Notes under the pieces: model-generated
Seen by the model: the letters and a program-made list of their open reading frames with translations, nothing else
What the model was told of the DNA's origin: nothing
Database searches by the model: none
Virus record (IMG/VR): IMGVR_UViG_3300030372_000758
Coordinates: 1-36,326 of that record
Reading direction: 5' to 3' (one strand)
DNA length: 36,326 nt
Source of the DNA: a virus
Lineage: Duplodnaviria; Caudoviricetes
Made by a program: the position numbers and the translations under genes
Shown: positions 18,377-25,959 of the stretch, piece by piece
How positions within the stretch are numbered: the first letter of the stretch is position 1
How the letters are laid out: each line of letters begins with the position of its first letter

Positions 18377-19971
18377 TACTCAACCGCCTTTAAAGCTGGT
18401 GCTATTTTACCAGCACTCTCTGCAACTGCTTGCGCTTGTTGTAATTGTTGCATCTCCATTTCGGCTTGTTGTTTTTGTTGTTGAATTTGTTGAACCTCTG
18501 CTTTTGATCTCATAATTTTAGCTGGTAAACCTAAAACATTTTTAATGTGATCGACTAAACCATCTATATCTATGTAATCAAATACTGGTGCAATATTTTG
18601 CATTGAACCAAATATTTCTATTCCTCTCATAACAGATGATAACTCTTGTGTCTTTTGAGCTTTGGCTAATGGAGATACATATTCTATCTCAACATCCTGT
18701 TCCCCAATCTCCTCTGGTATTGGTGGAAGTTTATTATTTTTTAATAATAAATTAAAAGCTCTTGTAATTAATGGTTGTAGTAATTCACTTTGTAATCTTC
18801 CTAATACTGGACCCAACAATCTCATCTTCTCTTCAGTTCTTTGCATGACTTCTGTTGCTGTCATGTTTTGACCCTGTATCATCATTAACTGGTCGACAAA
18901 GAAATTTTCTCTTATTGCTTTTCTTCTTTGCTCTTCCATTTGAATACCAACAGGCGCATTCGATCCAATTTGTAATGGTTCAATTCTATCTCTGGTTCCA
19001 GATCTATAGAAATTTAATCCACCTGGTACAGTTCTAATTGGTAAAATAAAACCATCATCGGGAACCATTAAAGGTGGGTCAATTTGTTTTTGAGCTGCTT
19101 TAATAGATGTTTTAGACATTGTGTTTAACATCTTGGTATCTGGTAAAGCATTCATCGCTGGCGATCTGCCATAGATTTCATTAGATGAAGATTTTAAATA
19201 TCTTGGTACTACATAAGGAAATTCTCTAAATCCACTTTCTCTTAAAATAGCTCCTGTCTCTTGATGAATATGGCATGAGATATAATCCATATTATCTTTA
19301 TTCTGATAACCCATTGGAGTATCAGATTTATGTACCGAATGAAGTATAACCGTATCTTCAAAAGGTTTATTTTTAACTGCATCCTGTAAAGATTTTGGTA
19401 GTACCGCATCTGGATACATTAAAGGAATATTTTTATTTTTAAGATGAAATCTTCTTAATAAGCTGTCAACAAAACCTTTTTCATTTTCAGTAATAAATAT
19501 TTCTGAAATATGTAAAGTTTTAAAACGTAAATCATCTTTAACATCATCAGTAATAAACATAGCCGATGTTCCAAAAGCTAATAGTTCATGGTAAAGTTCA
19601 AAAACTTCTTGTTGAAAATTTGAACGAGCAAATACTTGCTGCATAATTTTAGCGCAGCTCTCTAACCATTCTACTGCTGTATCATCTTGGTTAGTTGCCT
19701 CATTTCTAAATTTTAAAACGAACCACGGAGAAATCGTATTGGTTAGCATACCATTTAAGCTAGCTGATAATAATTCTAATGCGTGAGTAGCCGTACCATC
19801 ATAAATCTGGTCGTGTCGTTTATCGCCTTTAGTTCTTTTAATAGTTATATTTGATTTTCTTGGTAAAAAATAATCTGCAATTTCTTGCCAATGTTCTTCC
19901 CAAGTAACTCTTTGATTTTTTAAAGTATTATATTTGTCAATAATTTTTTGTGATTTTTTTTCTACTGCCAT
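18376..19971 (-). CDS. Portal (head-tail connector) protein
   Basis: WQEIADYFLP, YGRSPAMNALPD, MTATEV, LGPVLGRLQSE, IEYVSPLA. Confidence 0.95.
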   Translation of the reverse strand: MAVEKKSQKIIDKYNTLKNQRVTWEEHWQEIADYFLPRKSNITIKRTKGDKRHDQIYDGTATHALELLSASLNGMLTNTISPWFVLKFRNEATNQDDTAVEWLESCAKIMQQVFARSNFQQEVFELYHELLAFGTSAMFITDDVKDDLRFKTLHISEIFITENEKGFVDSLLRRFHLKNKNIPLMYPDAVLPKSLQDAVKNKPFEDTVILHSVHKSDTPMGYQNKDNMDYISCHIHQETGAILRESGFREFPYVVPRYLKSSSNEIYGRSPAMNALPDTKMLNTMSKTSIKAAQKQIDPPLMVPDDGFILPIRTVPGGLNFYRSGTRDRIEPLQIGSNAPVGIQMEEQRRKAIRENFFVDQLMMIQGQNMTATEVMQRTEEKMRLLGPVLGRLQSELLQPLITRAFNLLLKNNKLPPIPEEIGEQDVEIEYVSPLAKAQKTQELSSVMRGIEIFGSMQNIAPVFDYIDIDGLVDHIKNVLGLPAKIMRSKAEVQQIQQQKQQAEMEMQQLQQAQAVAESAGKIAPALKAVE

Positions 19972-19974
19972 TTT

Positions 19975-20589
19975 TTATCCTAAAGTTTTCTTTTTAATGT
20001 TTAATTTATTATTACCTAATCCTGTTGCAGAAGTTAAAATATTTTGTGATCTACCTTTTTTATTTGTAGCAAGTAAATTTTCATTAGCAGACATTGTGGT
20101 AGCTGTTGCTTGATCTACTTCTGCTTTTGTTGGAGTTGTTACAGCTGCATTTACTCCCTCAACATAAGTAGTTTTTGTTAAAATAGGTTGGTTGTTATCT
20201 CTATCATTACCACCAACATTACCTGGTTCTTTTAAATAACCTTGACCCTCTAATTGAGTTTTAAATCCAGATGATAAAACAAATTCTCTATTTGTTAAAT
20301 CTGTATTAGTAAATTTTCCAGATTTTTTTGCAAATGCAACTCTTCTATTATAATTATTATCTTGAACAAATTTTGAATTACTAATTGCTTTAGCAGTTCT
20401 ACCTATTAAAGTTGCATCAAAAATTTTTGCAATAGGAGATCTTCTACTTTCTCTATTTTTTTTATTTTGTTCAGCAATCTGTTTGTTTACTGTAGATGTT
20501 TTTCTTGATGAATATGTTGTACCACCAGTTGCTACTGCCTCTGCTCCAGATACTTGATCGTCAGATCCACCGCTTGATGCTCCTCCCAT
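19975..20589 (-). CDS. Hypothetical virion-associated protein with gp7.3-like C-terminus
   Basis: C-terminal KGRSQNILTSATGL...KKTLG shared with the upstream gene. Confidence 0.6.
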   Translation of the reverse strand: MGGASSGGSDDQVSGAEAVATGGTTYSSRKTSTVNKQIAEQNKKNRESRRSPIAKIFDATLIGRTAKAISNSKFVQDNNYNRRVAFAKKSGKFTNTDLTNREFVLSSGFKTQLEGQGYLKEPGNVGGNDRDNNQPILTKTTYVEGVNAAVTTPTKAEVDQATATTMSANENLLATNKKGRSQNILTSATGLGNNKLNIKKKTLG

Positions 20590-20814
20590 TTATCCTCCTA
20601 ACTTTTTCTTTTTAACTAATAAGCTATTGTCATCTTCTAAACCGTCAGCTCCAGTTAATATTGTTTGTTTTCTGCCTTTTCTATTTCTTCTAATAGCGGC
20701 TCTTTTTTCTTCAATTTCTTTTTTTCTTGCCTCATCATCATAACTTGGCGGTTCTGGCGCTGGTGCTGGCGGTGGTGGTGGTGCGGGCATTTTTGGCGCT
20801 CTAAATATTCCCAT
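20590..20814 (-). CDS. Small Pro-rich virion assembly protein (T7 gp6.7/7.3-like position)
   Basis: APKMPAPPPPPAP...KGRKQTILTGADGL. Confidence 0.7.
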   Translation of the reverse strand: MGIFRAPKMPAPPPPPAPAPEPPSYDDEARKKEIEEKRAAIRRNRKGRKQTILTGADGLEDDNSLLVKKKKLGG

Positions 20815-20816
20815 AA

Positions 20817-22094
20817 TTATTCTCCGTGTATTCTATATTCGTTTACTGCTAAACTTTGTGCTGTTGCTTTTTGTCTAGGTAAATCAGTAATCGACAGAGC
20901 CATATATCTTGCGGCATCTGCTGCATGACTACTCCAATCTTTTACTGGTTTATTACTAAACATTTTCATCTTCTCGTTATATTTTCGATGATGGTGTCTT
21001 AAAGCATCTACTAATGGTTTTGTGTTTTCTCCGTCAAACCAACACTTAGGTAAAACCATCTTTAAGCTGTGGATACCATCTTCTAAATTTATTTTAGGTA
21101 AAATCTTAAACCTTATTCCTAATTGGTAAGCTACCTCTCTTCTGGTCTTACCAGTTGAAAATTCTGTTACTTCTATGTCATGTGGTGCAAAGTGTTCCCC
21201 ATAGACATAATCTTTATCTTTTACGACTTGAACATAATGCGGCAACCCTTCTCGGTTGTTTTCATAATAATCAATTATTAAAATCTGGTTCCCCAGTAAT
21301 TGATAGAAAACTATTGCTGTACTATCGTCAACTCCAAGATCCCAGGCAGTATGAACCATTAATGCTGGGTCGTATGCAATTCTAGTTATTTGTTTTTTTT
21401 CTTCTAAAGATTTTATAATTTCTCCATATACTGCTCCTTCAATATTTGCAATCCAATCGCACTCAAATTCTTGCTTATACTTTGCATCTCCCATTTGAGC
21501 TTTAGCAGCATCTAATTCCTCTTGGTCGATAATTCCTGTCTCGCTGGCTTTTGCCGTGTAGGCTAACCAGGTTGGATCAGATTGTGCGTGCTGGTATAAA
21601 TCATAAAATATATTACTCATTCCAGCTGGTGTTGAAATGAAGTAACAAAAACCTTTTCTATCTGATAGAGCGGGTCTAATAATTTCATTCCATAATACAG
21701 GGTTCATCTGGCTGCATTCATCCACACAAACCCCGTCAGCATAAATTCCTCTAATCTTATCGGGATCTTCGCTAGATAATAATTGTATTCTAGCTCCTGT
21801 CGCAAAATCGCACCTTAATTCAGTTTCGTTAAAAGTAGTTCCTGGTATACAGCTTGCGTACTGTTTTAAATAATCCCAGCATACCCTTTTAATAGATACG
21901 AATGTTGGTCCAATAAGATAATACCTTGGGTTCTTTTTATCATTTGTAAGAGCTTTCTTCATCAAATGTAAAATTATCAGTATAGTCTTGCCAAACCTCC
22001 TGTGGCAGTTAAGCACCGCAAATCTATGATTATCTAAATCATTATGCAGTTTTGCCTGTAGGGGTCTTGGAACATAAGGTATTTCTATGTGCAT
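20817..22094 (-). CDS. terL: Terminase large subunit
   Basis: Walker A HRRFGKT, Walker B VCVDE, ISTP coupling motif, WDLG and HAADAARY nuclease motifs; probable start MHIEIPY at 22094 (TAATG overlap). Confidence 0.95.
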   Translation of the reverse strand: MHIEIPYVPRPLQAKLHNDLDNHRFAVLNCHRRFGKTILIILHLMKKALTNDKKNPRYYLIGPTFVSIKRVCWDYLKQYASCIPGTTFNETELRCDFATGARIQLLSSEDPDKIRGIYADGVCVDECSQMNPVLWNEIIRPALSDRKGFCYFISTPAGMSNIFYDLYQHAQSDPTWLAYTAKASETGIIDQEELDAAKAQMGDAKYKQEFECDWIANIEGAVYGEIIKSLEEKKQITRIAYDPALMVHTAWDLGVDDSTAIVFYQLLGNQILIIDYYENNREGLPHYVQVVKDKDYVYGEHFAPHDIEVTEFSTGKTRREVAYQLGIRFKILPKINLEDGIHSLKMVLPKCWFDGENTKPLVDALRHHHRKYNEKMKMFSNKPVKDWSSHAADAARYMALSITDLPRQKATAQSLAVNEYRIHGE

Positions 22095-22561
22095 TATAAT
22101 TCTTTTCCCCACCTAATTCTAGGTGTTGCTTGTACTTCTTGCCAAATTCTATTAGTTCTAGTAGTCCAACCAGTATTTTTTTTAAATATTTGAACTGTTG
22201 TTTCTTTATTAAAATTTACTGCTTTTAAACTGCTCCCACTTTCATTTGATAAAGTATAAGTAATAATTTTTTTACCCCCCATACTTTGCCAAATTTTTAT
22301 AGCTTTAGCATATAAAAAACTACAAGTACCTTTAGGAGCATCATCTAAAACACAATTTCTATTTATTTCTAAAGTTAATTTATCGTCTAATTTTCTAGCA
22401 ACGGGTCTGCCAATAATAGCAACACCAACGAGTTTTCCCTGGTATTCTGCTCCAATGCTAAATTTATGACCCACACACCTTTTATTATGTCTATGGTGCT
22501 TTTCTATAAAAGTGTTTGCCTCTTTTAAATTTAAAGGAATTACTTTTAGATGTTTAGACAT
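22094..22561 (-). CDS. XF1762/Mom-like GNAT protein (putative DNA modification)
   Basis: EANTFIEKHHRH...GVAIIGRPVAR.LDD..TLEINR...ITYTL..ESGSSLKA. Confidence 0.75.
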   Translation of the reverse strand: MSKHLKVIPLNLKEANTFIEKHHRHNKRCVGHKFSIGAEYQGKLVGVAIIGRPVARKLDDKLTLEINRNCVLDDAPKGTCSFLYAKAIKIWQSMGGKKIITYTLSNESGSSLKAVNFNKETTVQIFKKNTGWTTRTNRIWQEVQATPRIRWGKEL

Positions 22562-22659
22562 TATAAAATCGCTAATATAATAATTAAAGCTACAACACCA
22601 ATTACGACTTTTTTATGGTCGTTCCAGTAGTGTTTCACTCCTTGAATAATTAAATCCAT
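22561..22659 (-). CDS. 32-aa membrane peptide
   Basis: MDLIIQGVKHYWNDHKKVVIGVVALIIILAIL; RBS GGAGG; TAATG coupling to the next gene; below the ORF-track cutoff. Confidence 0.75.
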   Translation of the reverse strand: MDLIIQGVKHYWNDHKKVVIGVVALIIILAIL

Positions 22660-22668
22660 AATCCCTCC

Positions 22669-22857
22669 CTAGTGAATTGTTGGTAAATCAAATAACTCTT
22701 TAACCGATTGATATTCAATGCCGCTATTCTTCATTAATCTTTTTAAAAACTTGTTAGCATGGGTTTGATCTTCAAAGCCGTTTAAGTGTATAATTAAACC
22801 CCCCGTATCTTCGGCAGTAAATACCATTGCTGTTATTAATTTGTTTTTTATATCCAT
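22669..22857 (-). CDS. Hypothetical protein
   Basis: 62-aa ORF in the operon direction. Confidence 0.65.
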   Translation of the reverse strand: MDIKNKLITAMVFTAEDTGGLIIHLNGFEDQTHANKFLKRLMKNSGIEYQSVKELFDLPTIH

Positions 22858-22986
22858 AGTGTGTCTGTCTGTGTCTGTGTGCGAAAGTCCCGATTTATAT
22901 ATTTATAATTTATGCGCCTTGTTTTTGGGTCATACCCCCATCACACGCATTGAAATTCTTTAATTTTTCTACAGTTTTTTTAGTCT

Positions 22987-23058
22987 TTGGTTATCTCAAC
23001 CGTAAACTATTGAGATATTGCTTTACTTATTTAATATTTTAAGTGTGTTGCAAGTGTC
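22987..23058 (+). other. Second att-like site (core-like 18-mer plus tandem arm-type repeats)
   Basis: TTGGTTATCTCAACCGTA is 16/18 identical to the attP core TTGGTTTTCTAAACCGTA; AAGTGTG/AAGTGTC tandem at 23041..23058. Confidence 0.55.
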
Positions 23059-23208
23059 ATTGTACCGTTAGCTGCGTTATATATCTGGATCGAACTCCTT
23101 AACGCGTAAGATGCTGGCTCTGGCGCGCTTATAAAGATACGGAGATTCCAACCAAGCCTAACCAGATACAACTGGATCTATTCGTATCTATTCGTATCAA
23201 ACAGGCAC

Positions 23209-23243
23209 AAAAAAACCCAGGAGAGATTACTCTCTCCCAGGTT
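23209..23243 (-). terminator. Rho-independent terminator
   Basis: CCTGGGAGAGAG-TAAT-CTCTCCTGGG followed by T7. Confidence 0.85.
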
Positions 23244-23266
23244 AATTATCTTTTAATATTATTTAA

Positions 23267-23650
23267 TTAATAACAGCCGTACAACTCTTCGCAAGCATCA
23301 TTCAAGCCAATTTGATCGCTAAAAGGTTGAATATACTTATCTCCACCCCAATAACCCTCAACTTGTTTGTCTTCGGTATTAACCCAAATATTGGGACCAC
23401 CTCCCGCAACTAATAACAATGCTCCGCTATAAGTCTTGTCTTGATTAACAACCCATTTGATAGAATAAACATCGTCTAAAAAATCAGATCCAGTTGGCTC
23501 AAAATCTTTTTTTTCTTCTTCGTTAAGATCGTGATACCTCTCGCAACTTTCGGGATCTATTTTTTCTGTTCCGTTTATTTGATTGGCTATGCTTTTGCAA
23601 TGCCTCTCAAGTTGCTCTTGTGTTGTCTCTTGTTTTCTTACTGCGCTCAT
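23267..23650 (-). CDS. Acidic hypothetical protein (GGPNIW motif)
   Basis: Probable start MSAVRKQ at 23650 with RBS AAGGAG; own promoter and terminator. Confidence 0.8.
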   Translation of the reverse strand: MSAVRKQETTQEQLERHCKSIANQINGTEKIDPESCERYHDLNEEEKKDFEPTGSDFLDDVYSIKWVVNQDKTYSGALLLVAGGGPNIWVNTEDKQVEGYWGGDKYIQPFSDQIGLNDACEELYGCY

Positions 23651-23677
23651 ATTGCTCCTTATTTGTTTAATAAGGTA

Positions 23678-23707
23678 ACAATAAACTAATGTTGACAATA
23701 TGTCAAC
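23678..23707 (-). promoter_or_regulatory. Sigma70-type promoter overlapped by a palindromic operator
   Basis: TTGACA-17 nt-TATTGT; palindrome GTTGACA-ATA-TGTCAAC at 23691..23707. Confidence 0.8.
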
Positions 23708-23746
23708 CCTTAATATGCTTAAATGCGTATTTTAATTTTTGGTACT

Positions 23747-23782
23747 AAAAAACCCCAGCAAGCGTTAAACTCAACTGGGGTT
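23747..23782 (-). terminator. Rho-independent terminator
   Basis: CCCCAG...CTGGGG followed by T6. Confidence 0.75.
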
Positions 23783-23799
23783 AATTATCTTTTAATTAT

Positions 23800-24036
23800 T
23801 TAAATAACGGGGATAATTGGCAATTCTTTTATATTAGTATGAATTGCACCACCATCATTACCCTCGTCATCTTGCGACATAGTTAATAAAACTCCATTAT
23901 CTAATTTAAGTTCTATTGGTCTTTTATGCCAAGAATAATATTTATCTGCAACTTTTTTTGGCATATATTTGGCAAGAACTATTCTTCTACCTAATAAATG
24001 TTTATTTATTAACTTTTCCCAATCTTTTTCACTCAT
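23800..24036 (-). CDS. Hypothetical protein (DDEGNDGGA motif)
   Basis: 78 aa, ATGA-coupled to the upstream ORF. Confidence 0.8.
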   Translation of the reverse strand: MSEKDWEKLINKHLLGRRIVLAKYMPKKVADKYYSWHKRPIELKLDNGVLLTMSQDDEGNDGGAIHTNIKELPIIPVI

Positions 24037-24221
24037 TGAGACACCTCCACCCTATCTGTAGAGATTTTAAAGTTATAAGCAAAGGGAAACTCATTAAGCA
24101 AACTTTGTTTTGTGTCTGCTAACTTTCCAAGCTCGGCAACCTTTTCTATTTTAACTGCGCCAGTAGTATAAAACAAATCAACAAGAGCAGTTATCTTATA
24201 TTGTACTTTTGTTTTTATCAT
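24033..24221 (-). CDS. Hypothetical protein
   Basis: 62 aa, strong RBS AGGAGGT. Confidence 0.75.
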   Translation of the reverse strand: MIKTKVQYKITALVDLFYTTGAVKIEKVAELGKLADTKQSLLNEFPFAYNFKISTDRVEVSQ

Positions 24222-24240
24222 AGTACCTCCTAATGATTTG

Positions 24241-24294
24241 CTTATATCATTAAGATTGACAATCTGTCAACTATTAATATGGATATGTGTCAAC
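24241..24294 (-). promoter_or_regulatory. Promoter with two operator-like sites
   Basis: TTGACA-18 nt-TATAAG; GTTGACAGATTGTCAAT (24255..24271) and GTTGACACATATCCATA (24278..24294). Confidence 0.75.
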
Positions 24295-24734
24295 TATCTA
24301 TTTGGTAGCTCTTGTATAGGTGTTTTAGATACTTCTTCCACAATCTTTTGAGCTGGTAACATATCTTTTTTCTCATCTGGTTTACCCCATGAAATAGTTA
24401 AAGTAGTGTCTGTTTTTTGCTCTATCTTTTGTTTATCGCCAAATGTTGTTGATAATAATCTACTAGCTAACCATCTTATGTGGTTATAGCGTTCCCTCAT
24501 CCAATGAACCTCTTGCGGTGTTTTAGGTACATCCATATCTTCAGCTATTTTATCAAGTAATGTCCAAACTCCCATTTGCCTTGCATCCATAACCTTTTTT
24601 TGTATTTCGTCATCAGTTCTACACCATTTATATACAGTTGAGACATCTGGCATATTTTTTGATTTACAGATTGCACTTAACGGCTTGCCAAGTTCTAATT
24701 GTTTGATGATTTCTCTAATTTGTTTTTGATCCAT
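24294..24734 (-). CDS. terS: Terminase small subunit (Sf6-like HTH)
   Basis: LELGKPLSAICK..NMPDVSTVYKW...AR, RWLASRL...FGDKQKIE. Confidence 0.85.
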   Translation of the reverse strand: MDQKQIREIIKQLELGKPLSAICKSKNMPDVSTVYKWCRTDDEIQKKVMDARQMGVWTLLDKIAEDMDVPKTPQEVHWMRERYNHIRWLASRLLSTTFGDKQKIEQKTDTTLTISWGKPDEKKDMLPAQKIVEEVSKTPIQELPNR

Positions 24735-24955
24735 TGTCTTAATTGTTCTTCCGAATAATTTTTAAATTGTTTTAAATTCTTATATGCTTTTATCTTTCCT
24801 TCAAGCGATGTTGCGCCAACCGAGGCTCCGCCATGAAACTTGCAACGGAACTTACCAGACTTCATTAGCTTGCCTTTACACTTACATTTAACAGTATAAT
24901 TGCTTGATCTAGTATAACTTTCGCAAGGGATTTTCTGTAACGGTCTACCTACCAC
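24695..24955 (-). CDS. HGGxSTG-motif zinc-binding protein
   Basis: C...C...RCKFHGGASVG, adjacent to terS. Confidence 0.8.
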   Translation of the reverse strand: MVGRPLQKIPCESYTRSSNYTVKCKCKGKLMKSGKFRCKFHGGASVGATSLEGKIKAYKNLKQFKNYSEEQLRQWIKNKLEKSSNN

Positions 24956-24970
24956 AGTATATAGTTCCTA

Positions 24971-24998
24971 TTATTAAATTTTGTCTATCTTGTCTATA
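24971..24998 (-). promoter_or_regulatory. Putative late promoter at the 3' end of the Q-like gene
   Basis: TATAGACAAGATAGACAAAATTTAATAA; 24/28 identical to 5242..5269. Confidence 0.6.
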
Positions 24999-25387
24999 AG
25001 AGATTTATCCAAACTAAATTCTAAATTAATTATTGCTTTTATATATCTCCTCTTAATCGTAACTCGATGACAAGAATACATTTTAGCCAGAGATACCCAT
25101 GAATGCTTTATGGCTCTGGACCAAACTAGCTTTCTATCCTTTAATTCAACTTTAGGAAGTAAATCAATGGCTAATAGCCAGCAATCAATTTGTTTACTAT
25201 TAGCTCGTAATTTTAGCTTTTTAGTCTTATTCCAGTAGCCATAATCCTTTGGCTCATAAGTAATATCCCGTAATATTTTATACATTGAGGGATTTGTGGG
25301 TTTTAAAGAGTTTAATCCAGGCATAAACCGTTCAGCCGTGCCAGCAGTATCAAAAATATCAATTATTTTAGCAGCTCTTAATTTCAT
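24974..25387 (-). CDS. Putative late-gene regulator (Q/sigma-region-4-like HTH)
   Basis: DRKLVWSRA..SWVSLAKMYSCHRVTIKRRY C-terminal HTH; lies between replication and packaging genes. Confidence 0.6.
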   Translation of the reverse strand: MKLRAAKIIDIFDTAGTAERFMPGLNSLKPTNPSMYKILRDITYEPKDYGYWNKTKKLKLRANSKQIDCWLLAIDLLPKVELKDRKLVWSRAIKHSWVSLAKMYSCHRVTIKRRYIKAIINLEFSLDKSLIDKIDKI

Positions 25388-25959
25388 GCCACCTTCTCGA
25401 TGGCACTAGACTTTTTTATTGGCTCATCCTTTTTGAAAGTATGTTTGCGGATTAAATTCCCTTTTTTACTTCTATATTCAACATAATGACCCTCTCTTCC
25501 ACATTCTATATATGTTTCCCCTTCATATTCTATAGATTGTTTAGCAACCCCCCTGTTCGAGAATGCTCTATTATAGTTATTCCTATTATTAGATCTATAC
25601 TGGTTATATACTAATGGTTTTATTAATAAGTCTCTTTTAGACACTTCACTAGTCTCTGTGAGAGACTTCACTCTATTTAGCCTTAATTTCTCTAACTCCA
25701 GCTGTTGTGTTAATAAATACAAATTAGTCGAAGTTAAGCGTTTTATTGTTATTAACTTTTGTTTGGCAAGGTTTTGAATTGCACGCTGAATACTACTACG
25801 AGATAACCCCGTTTCCTTCTTCAATGTCGCATATCGAGGATAGGCTTTCCCATCCTTTTTACCCATATAACAAACCAGCGCAAAATAAACTATCTTATCA
25901 ATAGCTGATAGCTTTTTATTAAATATAATATTTCTATCACCTACAAAGAATAAGCTCAT
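25384..25959 (-). CDS. Winged-helix replication initiator-like protein
   Basis: LSAIDKIVYFAL...AYPRYATLKKETGLSRSSIQRAIQNL; probable start MSLFF at 25959; internal iterons. Confidence 0.75.
   Translation of the reverse strand: MSLFFVGDRNIIFNKKLSAIDKIVYFALVCYMGKKDGKAYPRYATLKKETGLSRSSIQRAIQNLAKQKLITIKRLTSTNLYLLTQQLELEKLRLNRVKSLTETSEVSKRDLLIKPLVYNQYRSNNRNNYNRAFSNRGVAKQSIEYEGETYIECGREGHYVEYRSKKGNLIRKHTFKKDEPIKKSSAIEKVA
25629..25672. repeat. Two 22-bp tandem iterons (putative replication origin)
   Basis: AGTCTCTTTTAGACACTTCACT / AGTCTCTGTGAGAGACTTCACT (19/22), internally palindromic, beside an AT-rich tract. Confidence 0.65.

Noticed and set aside
9168-21385. ORFs 9168..9425, 12900..13163, 14051..14254, 16058..16318, 18662..18871, 18855..19037, 20665..20928, 21155..21385
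   Set aside because: They overlap structural genes; the Trp/Arg-rich 20665 ORF is just the reverse of a poly-Pro tract
22985-23020. dif/XerCD site
   Set aside because: The palindrome does not match the XerC/XerD arm consensus with a 6-bp spacer
23651-23698. N-terminal extension of the 143-aa ORF, and similar extensions at 12207..12236, 22095..22112, 25960..25980, 30040..30093
   Set aside because: They overlap promoters or upstream genes; downstream starts have an RBS or stop/start coupling
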